A stretch of 37,014 nucleotides of DNA from Octopus sinensis (lineage: Eukaryota): contig NW_021836880.1 of assembly GCF_006345805.1 (NCBI RefSeq), positions 1 through 37,014 on the forward strand. Reading direction: 5' to 3'. Below, in pieces: positions 1 through 13,037 of the stretch. Made by a program: the position numbers and the translations under genes. Under the pieces are notes generated by a model. The model was not told the DNA's origin. It was given only the letters and a program-made list of their open reading frames with translations, and made no database searches. The stretch's first letter is position 1, and each line of letters begins with the position of its first letter.

Positions 1-676
1 GTGTGTGTGTGTGTGTGTTTGTCTCTATCTGTGTGTTAGTATAGTAACTACGAATATAAAGTGAGATCAGCTAAGACTGTTTGACTGATGTTGTCAGTAG
101 GCTGATAGAAGTTTCAGGCATTTCATACGATATGGTTCTGTAAATGCCTTTACCAAAATGCTTACACGAATCTGTATACACTTCCTGGAGTGTACCTTGC
201 TGACTATACCAATATTCAGAAAAGGCTGCATGTTAGATTTTACTGTGTTAAATATCGTTTTTATTTGAATGGCCACAATGCTAAGTAGATATATATATAT
301 ATAAAAATAAAAAAAAAGTGGTGGGTGTCTGAGTCGATGAGACAGGAAAGTTTCAATCCCAGAAATCTTAAGAACAACATCTGTACTCAGACCTAAACCG
401 ATTTATTGTACTAAATCAATATGCCGAAGACTGTGATTCAGCCATTGATACACCGGGAGTAGTCAGGCTCTAATCCCAGTAACTCTTAAGGAGTATGAAA
501 TAATGTGATTGACAGATAACGTCCATTAAATCGATGTTATCCATCAATTGTTCATACACCTCTCTCTTTCGTTCACACGTACTTAACACATTTTTCAACA
601 TGCAAAAAACTTCTGCTAACGATTTGATAACTGCTTTTAATCTATAGACAAGGCCAGTCAATTAACATTAATTGAC

Positions 677-852
677 AAGTGTAGTCAATTAAAATGACTC
701 CAGTACGTGACTGATACTTCTTTATTTTGTTGAGTCAGGAAGCATGAAAGGCAAAATTGATCTCAGTGAGGGATTTGAACTCAGAATGTAAAACTTCGGA
801 ACTTATATCGCAAAGTATATTTCTACGATGTTTTAAAGATTCGGTCAAAAGG
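677..852 (-). mobile_element. Diverged copy of tRNA-derived SINE family B
   Basis: Reverse complement resembles 27467-27703 (gactccagtacgtgactgatacttc...atgaaaggcaaaattgatctc...atttgaactcagaatgt). Confidence 0.7.
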
Positions 853-1083
853 CTTCCTTTTACTCGTAAAATCACCTGATTTAGACACAAACGGAAAATT
901 GTTCTAGGTGGAATTTGAACCCAGAAAGAAAAGAACTGAAAGTCATACTGCAATACGTTCGTGAAACTTTCTCAGAATTCTGTCAATAAATCGCGTCTTT
1001 TCAAAAGAGTTTTAATTGCGAAATATGATTTCTTCATTTGGTACGAAAAGTCACTACGAATATTTAATAGTTTATAATCGTAT

Positions 1084-1159
1084 ATAGATACACACACACA
1101 CACACATGCATATATATATATATAAATATATATAATACATATATATACATACATATATA

Positions 1160-1220
<61 letters not shown>
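1084..1220. repeat. (CA)n/(TA)n microsatellite
   Basis: Direct reading. Confidence 0.95.
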
Positions 1221-1223
<3 letters not shown>

Positions 1224-1365
1224 GAGTGTATGTTTAATTGTTAACAATTAACACGGAAAAATAAATAAATAGTTACCAAGGCAGCAAAAATCTCACAAGT
1301 AAAGGTGTTGTAACTCCTTGTTTATAAAGGTAGAAACTTCGTGTTTACTTTGAATATTTTGAATA

Positions 1366-1777
1366 ATATGAATAAAAAATGGAGTTAACGCAGGTGTAAT
1401 CAAATATTTTGACTTTCGACACATGTTTCGAAAATTCCACTGATACTATTCAAAAGAATTATATATAATCTAAACTTTAATTTCCTTTATATTTAACATT
1501 CACTTTTAATATCCCTACTCTTTCTGTTAGCTACTTATGACGTTATATCATATAACGTTTTTTTAAACAATATTAATAGCGTTCTGTCTATCGCTATACA
1601 AATCCATCATTTTTTGCTAAAATGTCTTATTGACGAGTTTCGTTTTTTTCACTTTCCTGAGGAAGATTGCATTGTTTATACCATTATTCTTTTGAATAGT
1701 ATCAGTGGATTTTCGAAACATGTGTCGAAAGTAAAATATTTGATTACACCTGCGTTAACTCTATTTTTTATTCATAT
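1366..1777 (+). mobile_element. Penelope-like pLTR fragment with inverted partial copy
   Basis: ~93-bp near-perfect inverted repeat, 1366-1459 vs 1686-1777. The right arm overlaps a hammerhead-like motif. (TA)n tracts lie nearby on both sides. Confidence 0.7.
1651..1732 (+). ncRNA. Type I hammerhead ribozyme-like motif (degenerate)
   Basis: ACTTTC-CTGAGGA-[long stem II]-GAAAC-ATGT-GTC-GAAAGT. 6-bp helix I, GUC triplet, palindromic ACATGT helix III. The helix II register is imperfect. Confidence 0.65.
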
Positions 1778-1799
1778 ATATATAAATATATAATATATA

Positions 1800-1943
<144 letters not shown>

Positions 1944-2429
1944 GTCGTTAAGGATCAACAAAAACGCATTCCATCTAGTCAGAAATAAATATCATTTAAT
2001 GTACAGTGTATTAGAATAAGTGCTGCTAAAAGTTTCTTGCCATTGAGACACGGGGTTCGGCGGATGTGTATAAAGTGCCTTGTGTCGCCAAAGAATCTTC
2101 GGGCTCAGAGCACGTAGTTTGTTCTGTCTGAAAATCAAGACGCTCATGTATACAGATAGGTTTAAGATCTATGTATATATAGATTAACTGTCGCATGTCT
2201 GACAAATGTTTAGAAATATTCTATACTATATGAATGACTGGTGTCCATCAATGGGCAATTACTGTTATTGAAGAAAGGGTATGACATGAAATGGGACCTG
2301 TGAGACAACGATGAAGAAAACAACATCTATGAAGAAATCGAGGTCGATGACAGTGAGGACGGCAACGAAGACGATGTTGTGGGGGGGGTGACGTTATTGT
2401 CGTTTTTGATGGTAGTATTAATGATGATG

Positions 2430-2605
2430 AGCGAGCGAACGGTTTTCGTCCCAGAGCTCGCAAGATGGGAGAAGACCGAAACGTGGTCCTTTTGCTATTC
2501 GTAAGACCCGCAGAAGAGAAAGCAGGTCAACCTCCGACACCGAGAGCATCGATGGCTGGCTGAATGCGCATCCAGGCTCAGCGGTTACGTAGGAAGTCGG
2601 AGATA
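2430..2605 (+). mobile_element. Unclassified GC-richer interspersed repeat followed by (GAT)n
   Basis: Complex-sequence island bracketed by GAT repeats. Its 3' part can fold (CTCCGAC 2532-2538 / GTCGGAG 2596-2602). Family not assignable from the sequence alone. Confidence 0.4.
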
Positions 2606-2939
2606 TGATGATGATGATGCTAATGATGATGATGACGACGATCACGACGATGATGGTGGTGATGATAATGATGGTGGCGATGATCATGTACGTTTATCAT
2701 GACGATGAAGAAAAGGAAAGAGATAACTATGAGAATGATGGCCATAGTAAAGACGACAGAGATGCTGCTGTGGATACTGGTGCTGCTGCTGGTGGTGATG
2801 CTGGTGCTGGTGGTGCTGCTGCTGATATTGGTCAGCTTCAGCCACGTCTTCTGTTTAATCTAAACATATTTCAGAAAAACCGTCTATCTAATCCTGATTC
2901 TGTTAGATCTTTTGAGCAACAGGTAGCATTCAAACGGGA

Positions 2940-2949
2940 ACACACACAC

Positions 2950-2985
<36 letters not shown>

Positions 2986-2987
2986 AT

Positions 2988-3028
<41 letters not shown>

Positions 3029-3086
3029 GTTTATACATACGTAACATATGTGTATATATATGTTGTGCGTGTGTATACACATACAC

Positions 3087-3147
<61 letters not shown>

Positions 3148-3370
3148 GAATATATTACATACACACACATAATACATACATACATACTAATGCACACACA
3201 CACACACCACACACACACACACACACACACCATATATAATATATATATATACTACAGATGTATCATTATTGAAACATCATACATATATACATACATGCTT
3301 ATATATTCACACACTTATATTAATATATACCACACATATGTATATATGTGTGTGTTTATGCATACAAATT

Positions 3371-3410
<40 letters not shown>

Positions 3411-3962
3411 TATATATGCGATGTGTGTGTGTATTATTTACTTAAGTGTACTTACGTATATATTTCATGTAAGTCTATAATATATATAATATAATGTATG
3501 TATATGTGTATATTATACATATACATACATATACATATATAACATACATCTGTGTGTGTGTGTGTAATACACACACACAACACACACACTATTATATATA
3601 TATATATATTATATATATGTATACCTTAACTTATGTACATATAGCATTGTCTAGTGTAGATTATGTTATTATGAAGGGCGGATTTTCTGATTCACAAGGA
3701 GATTGGAAGATTGCCGTCTCTGTAACATCGTAGAATGCGACGTTTCCAATAAAGATTAACTTTGCTTAATTCCACTTGTTAAAGACAAAGATTGGAAATT
3801 GTACAGAGGCCAAATATATGCAAGGCAGATGTAATATTTGATCTAGAATGGTCTGATATATTACAAACACGTATAAGTACACACGTACACATATAAAATA
3901 TATCTATCCATGAGGCACACGCATATATGGCACACACACACATATATATTTATGTATGCTTG

Positions 3963-3993
<31 letters not shown>

Positions 3994-4441
3994 TATATAC
4001 CTATACATATATATCATATATCATACATACATACATACATACATACATACCACATACATACATACATACATATTATATATGTGTGTGTGTGTGTACATAT
4101 ATACATGTATATATGTGCTTATATTCTCACACATATAAATCCATATATCTGTGTTATATACTTATATGCTTATCATATATATATCATATTATATATATAT
4201 ATATGTATATACATATATATATACACATATATATATTGACATATGTATATATAAATATATATATACATGTATATATATGTATGTGTGTATATATATATAT
4301 GTGTGTGTGTGTATATATATGTATATATATATATGCATACACGTATATAAACAAAGGAATGGAAGTAGATACATGAATATAGATAAATGCAGACATACAC
4401 ACACCCATACACACACATATATATATGTATATATATATATG
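2940..4441. repeat. Compound degenerate (CA)n/(TA)n/(TG)n microsatellite fields
   Basis: Direct reading; interrupted by a complex island at about 3640-3900. Confidence 0.9.
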
Positions 4442-4989
4442 TAAGTATATGTTTATACCTAGGAGCTATAATTCAAATGAAAATCTGTGTAGGACAATTG
4501 TCAGTGAATTACAAACAGCTTTCAAACAGTATCAGATAACTAACACGCTAATCCAATAGAACTTTTGATTGGTCGCTATTCTTATAATGTCCAATCGATA
4601 CGGAATAAAGATACACGCTTAACGCCTTAATCTAGACTATCACCTTCGATAAAGCCGCAGACTTTATCTTGGACATACGCACTTACGCTCTCCACAGGCA
4701 CAAACACACACAGAGATATATCTACAGATGCACGCCATTCTCACATTCACACCGACACACACGGGTGCATGTGATATCACACAGTTGCTTTTGTTGTTGC
4801 TGCTGTTGTTGTTGTTGTTGTTGTTAAAACACGGTTGTATAATAGATCTATATACAAGGACCGGTAATCAATAGTACAAGTGCATAATGTGTATATATAT
4901 ATTCTATACATGATTTAGAAATGTCTGCCTGTATATGGATATCTATCGACGTATCTGTCTATCTGTGTATGTATCTCAGTGTGTGTGTG

Positions 4990-5027
<38 letters not shown>

Positions 5028-5137
5028 CGTGTGTGAATGTATATGATTGTCCATTATGATTCTACACCTACAAATATGCTCGCAGGAATGCATTTAGAAA
5101 TACATAAACACTATGCATATATACAGTCGTGCAAGAA

Positions 5138-5270
<133 letters not shown>

Positions 5271-5599
5271 ATCGGTCTGTCTATCACATATATTTAAATG
5301 TATATATGTATATATATGTATTGTCCATTTTTTCCGTCCTTGTTTTTATACACATTCGCTGCTTTCTTCCAAGGAATCTAATGCTCTGAGGTTAGCTCTT
5401 CCTTGGAGCTGACCAGATTGGAACAATCTCAAGTATTAGCAGCCGAAATTGCGAATATAACCTGGAACTCGACTGAAGAAAGAAAACCCCGAATGACAGG
5501 TCCTTGTTTTCTTTGTATCGTCTATCTGGATGTTTGGTGTCCCATTTTTGTATCACCTAACTGTCCGGATGTTTTGATTGCTTGTCTAATTTTGTATTT

Positions 5600-5630
<31 letters not shown>

Positions 5631-5738
5631 AGTTCAGCAAAATTTAGATTCAAATGAATATGGTACTTAAGTTAGATACACCAGAATTTTGTATGGTGTT
5701 ATCCATATAAATATGTATTAATGGAAAACCTCTATAAA

Positions 5739-5822
5739 TGGCTGATGGTTGCTCAACATTTTAAAACTGTTGTAATACTTACAATGTTTAATAAAACGAT
5801 GTAGCGTGAAACGATCGTACCA
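5739..5822 (+). ncRNA. Type I hammerhead-like motif (core A9->G)
   Basis: TGG-CTGATGG-TTGCT...AGCGT-GAAAC-GATC-GTA-CCA. Helix I TGG/CCA, palindromic ACGATCGT helix III, GUA triplet. Lies in a ~230-bp island between (TA)n/(CA)n tracts. Confidence 0.55.
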
Positions 5823-5855
5823 GATTACCGAAGATATTCTTGTTCCTTATTTGAG

Positions 5856-5891
<36 letters not shown>

Positions 5892-5892
5892 A

Positions 5893-5948
<56 letters not shown>

Positions 5949-6010
5949 TATATATAGGTATTAGTATATATATGGATGTATATATGTTTTACATATGTAT
6001 ATGTATTTAT

Positions 6011-6408
6011 AGTGGCTGTGTGGTAAGTAGCTTGCTAACCACAACATGGTTTCCGGGTTCAATCCCACTACGTGGCATCTTGGGCAAGTGTCCTCTCCCT
6101 GCTATAGCCCCGGGCTGACCAAGCCTGTGAGTGGATTTGGTAGACGGAAACTGAAAGAAGCTGTCGTATATATGTATATATATATGTATGGTGTGTGTTT
6201 GTGTGTCTGTGTTGTTCCCCTAGCATTGCTTGACAACCGATGCTGGTGTGTTTACGTCCCCGTCACTTAGCGGTTCGGCAAAAGGAGAACCGATAGAATA
6301 AGTACTGGGCTTACAAAAGAATAAGTCCCGGGGTCGAGTTGCTCGACTAAAGCGGTGCTCCAGCATGCCGCAGTCAAATGACTGAAACAAGTAAAAGAGT
6401 AAAAGAGT
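6011..6408 (+). mobile_element. tRNA-derived SINE family A, near full length
   Basis: A-box-like TGGCTGTGTGG, B-box GGTTCAATCCC, internal TA/TG microsatellite, tail GCGGTGCTCCAGCATG..CAGTCAAATGACTGAAAC(AAGTAAAAGAG)n. About 11 full or partial copies in the window. Confidence 0.9.
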
Positions 6409-6889
6409 ATATATATATATATGTGTGTGTGTGTTTGTGTGTTTGTGTGTGTGTGTGTATATATATTAATATATGTATGCTTGTATGCATGTATGTATGT
6501 ATATAGCGCTCTTTTTAGGTTTGAACTCAAAGTAGATAATAACAAACATTATGATGCACATCATGACAAACATGACAGATGTGCTACCATTGGACAAAAG
6601 CGAACCATCGAATTTTTCTTTGCATTTTAGCTTTACTCTTCCCAGTGAGACAAAAGGGGTAAGAGGCTATTCGAAATGGAAAACAGAATATTATTTATGA
6701 GTGCAAAATCTCGTGCGTAACATCTAGCTATTAGACTATCACGTTACAGATCTTCAGACTAGATATGAAGTCCGGTAAATATGATCCGATATTCAGAATA
6801 TATAGGGAAGTGTACAGGGAACAGCTACTATGTAAGATAAATGGATAAGAGTCTTTTCGAACTTTCTGTTAAGTTTGGTTAACAATAAT

Positions 6890-7177
6890 TTTCCTGGAAC
6901 TTAGACACCATTTTGCTCAAAACCTTCAGGATTGGCGAAAGCGATGTGGTGGACAACGAAAAACCTGGCTGATGACAGTCAAGGCTGATCTGGAACCCAA
7001 CCTAGGCACACATATCTACGGCGTTCGCCGCTGGAATAAGGAGTGGTTGGAGATCACGCGGTCATTAGCCTCAAATCTCTAGGCCTGGTCGGCGTTTGTG
7101 AGAGATGCAGCATTGAGGATGAATGAAGCCAGCTCAACCCACTCCGGGTGAATGCTGTCTCAAGTCAAGTCAAGTCA
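6890..7177 (+). mobile_element. RTE-clade LINE 3' fragment
   Basis: Translates DWRKRCGGQRKTWLMTVKADLEP...YGVRRWNKEWLEITRSLASNL*AWSAFVRDA, a typical RTE C-terminus, and ends in a (CAAGT)n tail. Confidence 0.85.
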
Positions 7178-9164
7178 AAATAAAATGAGAAGGATTACGA
7201 AATAAATGCAAGTAAGGCATTAAATTTTTCTTGTAAAATGTCACCCATTATTGATTCGGATGGAAGCTTCATGCTACACTCAATGATATCGCTGCTATTC
7301 TTGGAAACGTTACATTGATAATAGAATTCGATGAAGAACTGTTTAATGGGTTCTTATGACAAAGCTGAAACATGCAAAACTGTTGTTTTGTGCATTCATG
7401 ACGAAATGTACAAACGGTCTCCGAAAATTTGAGAGGACATATATTGAGATGATGGCACCTTCCATTAAAGAAACATGAAATGCTATTTTATGGGCAAAGT
7501 TAGGAAAGTTCTTCAGGTATTTCGGGAAGACCGAAAATGGCTTGAAAGTCAGAACATCTCGGCGGGAAATAACATCACTAGGTGAGACAAGCTGACACTG
7601 AATCAGCTTCGCTGACTGACAGGTAACGATCGTTTAGAGAATGCGCGAGCTAAAACAACGCGCTTTCACTAATCAGTTAAGGTGAGACAGTGTCACGTGA
7701 CAACTTGCTGGGGCTGCATGCTAGAGCCTAGCGGCAGGTATCTGAAGAGAAAAATTTGACAAGTCAGTCAGTCACCGGCTGACACTCGCTGACAATACAT
7801 CGAAGAGGCCAGGGAACAGAAGAAAGAAGACATGCACCCAACACCAGAGCTGAAGACACCTCCGAAAGTGGTGGCCCCGCAACGTCAAAACGGTAGAGGA
7901 GTAGGGGCCAAAACCGGACGTGGTTTCTCCTGATGATGTCTTGAGATAACTGGATCCTATAAAGGAGCTGTTGTGGTAGCGGTCCACGAAACACAGTTTT
8001 AATTCCTCTTTCAGAGTTAGCTTTTTAGAAGTAACCTAAAATTATCCGTCAATTTGGACTATAGAAATATTTCAAAGCCGCTAATTTTTTCCCGTATGAT
8101 ACAAAAAACTGAAAAATGATTCCATTCCTATAATAATCCCAGTCATTCGCCAAATATTCTTTGTGGCACGATCCTCGCGATCAATACACGAATTTCGTCA
8201 TTATCCTCCTGTGAAACAGAATTTAACAATTCGAATTATTACAACGAGACATTTGAAACAAGAAGGCATTCAGCAAGACTGAAGTATACAAATGTTAAGT
8301 ATTCTTGATTGCAAATGCAGACCCTGAAATATAGCATGGTATAATCTACCATTTAACTTGGATATAAATGTACATATATTAATGAGATTCCTGGATTTCA
8401 TTTACTTAGAGTTCCCAAGAACCCATAGGTAACTTAGAATCTTCAATAGGCTACTAAACTTCCTGCTTTTGTTGTATTTAAGAATTGCGTGTAAGAACAT
8501 TGCAAATACGGTCAGCGCATTAAATGTAAAACCTCTAAACAGTAGTAACACCACCTAATCTGCACAAAGCATGGATTGTAGGAAGCTTTCCAACTTTTTA
8601 ACGGATACTGTTTCACTTATACGCTGGTATACTGTATCAAATTCCATTGAACGATGAATTCAAGCCAAAATTATATAACATCGGATTTATAAGAGACAGC
8701 TTTGAGACAAAGTACTATTGGCGTCGATATTGATTAATCAATTTGATTAGGTAATCTTCTATCAGCTTATCCAGCTATATATAGTGACCTCGCTAAATCA
8801 GTAATAGTACGTTTAAAATATCGTAAACCAGCCTTGATTGCGCACCCACCAATAGACAACGGAACGCAGGAACCAACCACAGATGCCAGCTTCACTTAGG
8901 GAAGAAATTTGCCATTTTGGTTCAAGATGAAAATAGTCCGAATACTAATAATATATTATTGTGCATGAGTCAAATTAATTGCTAAAACATTACAAACAAC
9001 AAGACTTGACTTCCCTTGTAGCGGGGCTCCTGTTCATTTATAATCGGCGGCGTTCCGGTTTTTCAGCTCAAGATAACGGCAAACCACTCTGTCATGAAAG
9101 GCGAGGCCAGTTTGAGGAAAGTAACTGTGTCGTCTTAAGAGGCATTATCGCCGAAGCGAACAAG

Positions 9165-9460
9165 ACTCAACCAATCAGATCGGCTTTGTGTAACAAACTG
9201 AACTGAAATATTCCCGGTCAACTTTTCTAGAAATTCCGTGTAATGTTATAAAAGCATGGATTATGAATTCCCAGACAGAACAAACTCAAGTGCTGTATAA
9301 ACCACGGTTGGTCAGTTTTGTGATAAGGTTTTTCTCACAGTTTTCTACTTTTTCTGTCTTTAATAACAGCCATGAACAATTTTCTTAGGAAAAATTATTT
9401 TATACAATGAAGGCTTGTAACTATCACATTCACAATCTGCTGTATGATGTATTCAGGTAA
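9165..9460 (+). promoter_or_regulatory. Candidate Pol II promoter and first exon
   Basis: CCAATCAG at 9171, TTCTAGAA at 9225, TATAAAAG at 9247, ATG at 9407, donor-like CAG|GTAACT at 9456/9457, all in the longest simple-repeat-free stretch of the window. Motif-level evidence only. Confidence 0.3.
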
Positions 9461-9648
9461 CTATTATACATATGTAAATTCAAATGATCCGAAGAGTAAA
9501 AATAAATATGGACATCTATATACGAAAATATACGACAATACTAGTGTGGTCATTCTCACCATTACAAGACCCTTGCCTAATATTTTGTGTTTCCAACGAC
9601 GGATTAAAGATTAAAGCCCGCCTTAAAACCTGAATAAATTCGACGAAT
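9391..9648 (+). repeat. 258-bp segment duplicated at 14765-15013
   Basis: By-eye alignment gives about 9 substitutions plus a 9-bp indel (CTGCTGTAT). Confidence 0.92.
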
Positions 9649-9686
9649 ACAATAAAGGGCTGAGAACTAAGCTACATCGCCATATC

Positions 9687-9936
9687 ACTCTTTACTCTCT
9701 TTTACCTGTTTCAGTCATTTGACTGTAGCCATGCTGGAGCACCGCCTTTAGTCGAACAAATCGACCCCAGGACTTATTCTTTGTAAGCCTAGTACTTATT
9801 CTATCGGTCTCTTTTGCCGAACCGCTAAGTTACCGGGACGTAAACACACCAGCATCGGTTGTCAAGCAATATTGGGGGGAAAAACACGGACACACAAACA
9901 CACACACACACACACGTACATACACACACACACACA

Positions 9937-9975
<39 letters not shown>

Positions 9976-10240
9976 AATGAGAGGGATGACCACTATGTGG
10001 ACAATCCTTATGCTAGAAGTAGATCCGCTATGGTCTTACCACGAAGAAATGTTCTCAAGAAAAATTTAGCAAACATCAGAACGTACATATGTATATGACG
10101 GGCTTCTTTCAGTTTCCGTCTACCAAATCCACTCACAAGGCTTTGGTCAGCTCGTGGCTATAGTAGAAGACACTTGCCCAATGTGCCACGGCCGGAACTA
10201 TGTGGTTCGTAAGCAAGCTACTTACCACACAGCCACTCCT
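9687..10240 (-). mobile_element. SINE family A with ~105-bp foreign insert (about 9975-10082) in its internal microsatellite
   Basis: Reverse complement of 6011-6408, with extra sequence aatgagagggatgaccactatgtggac... inside the TA tract. Confidence 0.88.
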
Positions 10241-11130
10241 ATCGATATGCAACTAATGGACCTTTCTTCTAACAAGTTCAATTACTGTCATTTTCTATAA
10301 TTAATCAATCCCCATCATTTCATTCTTTCGTTTATTCGTAATTTTCTCAAGCACCCACTTCTCCTCTCACCTTCACTCAGTTCAACCCATTCCGCTACAA
10401 TAGACCTTTACATTTTCACTCATTCAAATGCTTGAAATTAAACATCGTTTTCAAATAGCATCATCCGCTAATTAGCACGAAAATAATTTTCGCGTTTTTT
10501 CAAAATGTTGCATGTTGACCAAACTTTTAGAATATTTTTAGACTCTTCAAGACGCGTTTGAACACATATTCTAGATAGGCTCGTATATAACCATAACATT
10601 TCTAATCACATGGACATAAAAGATGCGGCATGTGTATATATGTATGTATGAGTGTATATTATATGTTATGCATGTATATGTATATAACACGCTACAAGGA
10701 GTAGTCAAAATCCAAACCACAATTATGGGTAATTTCGAATGGAATGAAAAATATAAACATTTACCATCTTTCTCCTGGGCCATGGTATCAAACTCTGTTT
10801 ATCAAATAAAGTAATTTGCCAGGCGAAGTTCTCATCAGCAGGAGCGTCAAGATTAACATACAAATACGAGGCAATACAGTTCATGCTTCGTGCTTACATA
10901 TTATAATTTTTCAAATCCACCGAGCAAGCGCAGTATTTTCTCGGCAGCAAATAAAAATAACGCCGACTTCCCTCAAAAAATTATTAATAAATAAATATCA
11001 GGATAGAAATTTTTTACTACCAGTGGCCTATTATGTAGAAAACTAATCAATAGGCTATATATTATTCATATAAAAACAATGCCGACAAAAAACTGCGCTC
11101 TTTTTGTCTGCACTGCGTATATATATATAT

Positions 11131-11340
11131 ATACGACGGGCTTCTTTCAGTTTCCGTCTACCGAGTACACTCACAAGTCTTTGGTCGGCTAGAGGCTATA
11201 GTAGAAGACATTTACAGAAGGTGCTACGCAGCGGGACCGAACCCGAAACCATGTGGTTAGGAAGCAAGCCGTGCCTGATATTCTTTTACATCATAAGTGG
11301 CTTCAGCCAATGGGCGGAGCCATGCTGGAGCACTGTCGTT
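11131..11340 (-). mobile_element. SINE family A head plus adjacent variant tail fragment
   Basis: acgggcttctttcagtttccgtctacc...gaacccgaaaccatgtggtt, then cttcagccaatgggcggagccatgctggagcac. Confidence 0.8.
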
Positions 11341-11403
11341 CGGTGTGTTTGAGTTTCCATTCTGTTCTGTTTTTGTTGAAGTAGCGTGTTAGACAGAGAG
11401 CAC

Positions 11404-11459
<56 letters not shown>

Positions 11460-11639
11460 GACACTACACACTGATGTCTATTCGTCAATATGTGCACGTG
11501 TGCCTCTCATGAACAATAAGACACTCTTCGTATTGTCTTTGTGTATACGGATGAGCTGTCTACTCTTTATATTAACATTCTATGTAATATATATATAGAT
11601 ATGCATGCATATATGTGTTTGTGGGAGTGTATGCTATGA

Positions 11640-11669
11640 GTAGTATATATATCATATACATTTTATATA

Positions 11670-11722
<53 letters not shown>

Positions 11723-11774
11723 AACGTACATATATATACATATATATGCATATACATGAATAAATACCTATATA

Positions 11775-11822
<48 letters not shown>

Positions 11823-11823
11823 A

Positions 11824-11857
<34 letters not shown>

Positions 11858-11960
11858 GGACATATATATCATATATATGCATATACATGAATAAATACCT
11901 AATATGTACATATATATATATATAATATATATATATATATAATATATATATATATATACA
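11640..11960. repeat. (TA)n field with internal ~70-bp duplication
   Basis: taaacg.acatatatat..atatatatgcatatacatgaataaatacct occurs near 11720 and again near 11853. Confidence 0.85.
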
Positions 11961-12579
11961 CACACCATATATCTATGAGAGGTCGTATAACACAAGGGTT
12001 TAATTTCAAAGTAAATCTCAGAGTCTGTGTGTAGATTGCGATAAAAATCAGATGCTGTAGAACCTGAAGAGATAAGCAATATACAGAATTCTAAGAAACG
12101 AAATAAAGATGACGAAAAACCATCCTTTCATTTCATCTGATCCTCAAAACCTGTTCAATCAGTGATTTGTTTGATAAAAGCCTTAGATGCCAACAGAAAG
12201 CTCTGCTAACATTCTGATATCCTGCCTTTTACTACATAAATATATCTCCTCTTTTACTAACACTGTGAAAGTATTTCTCAATTCTACGTATATATATGAG
12301 TGTTCCTAATATCTGTCTATGAATCGGTCTGTCTGTCTGTTTAACTGTCTGCCTATCTGTCAGTCTGTCTGATTGCCTGCCTATCTGTGTGTCTGTCTAT
12401 CATCTTACATTTTATCTATATTTATAGATAATTACATATATATATATATATATGTATATAGGGAGAGAGAGAAAGAGAGAGAGAGGGGGAAGAGTGACAG
12501 ACAGACAGAAACAGAGACAGAAATGAATATTAATTCATATTTGTGTGTATATACGTGTATATGTGTATATACATATATG

Positions 12580-12905
<326 letters not shown>

Positions 12906-12997
12906 AGTATATACACATATACACATAGATACGCACAAATATGAATTAATATTCATTTGTCTCTCTCTCTCTCTCTCTGTCTCTCAAGCTATACACA

Positions 12998-13037
<40 letters not shown>

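Noticed and set aside
94-276. Minus-strand 60-aa ORF, faintly like a Penelope GIY-YIG C-terminal region
   Set aside because: Similarity is impressionistic and no diagnostic motif is visible; needs a profile search.
2605-3408. 267-aa ORF
   Set aside because: Translation of GAT/GCT/CA/TA repeats with no domain.
5465-5500. CTGAAGA...CCCGAATGAC hammerhead-like text
   Set aside because: No GAAA core or convincing helices; not counted.
7848-7993. CTGAAGA and CTGATGA...GAAAC
   Set aside because: Helix I/II pairing could not be built in register.
10820-10840. Minus-strand CTGATGA
   Set aside because: No downstream GAAA or helix II.
12063-12100. CTGAAGA...GAAACG
   Set aside because: No helix II or helix I complementarity.
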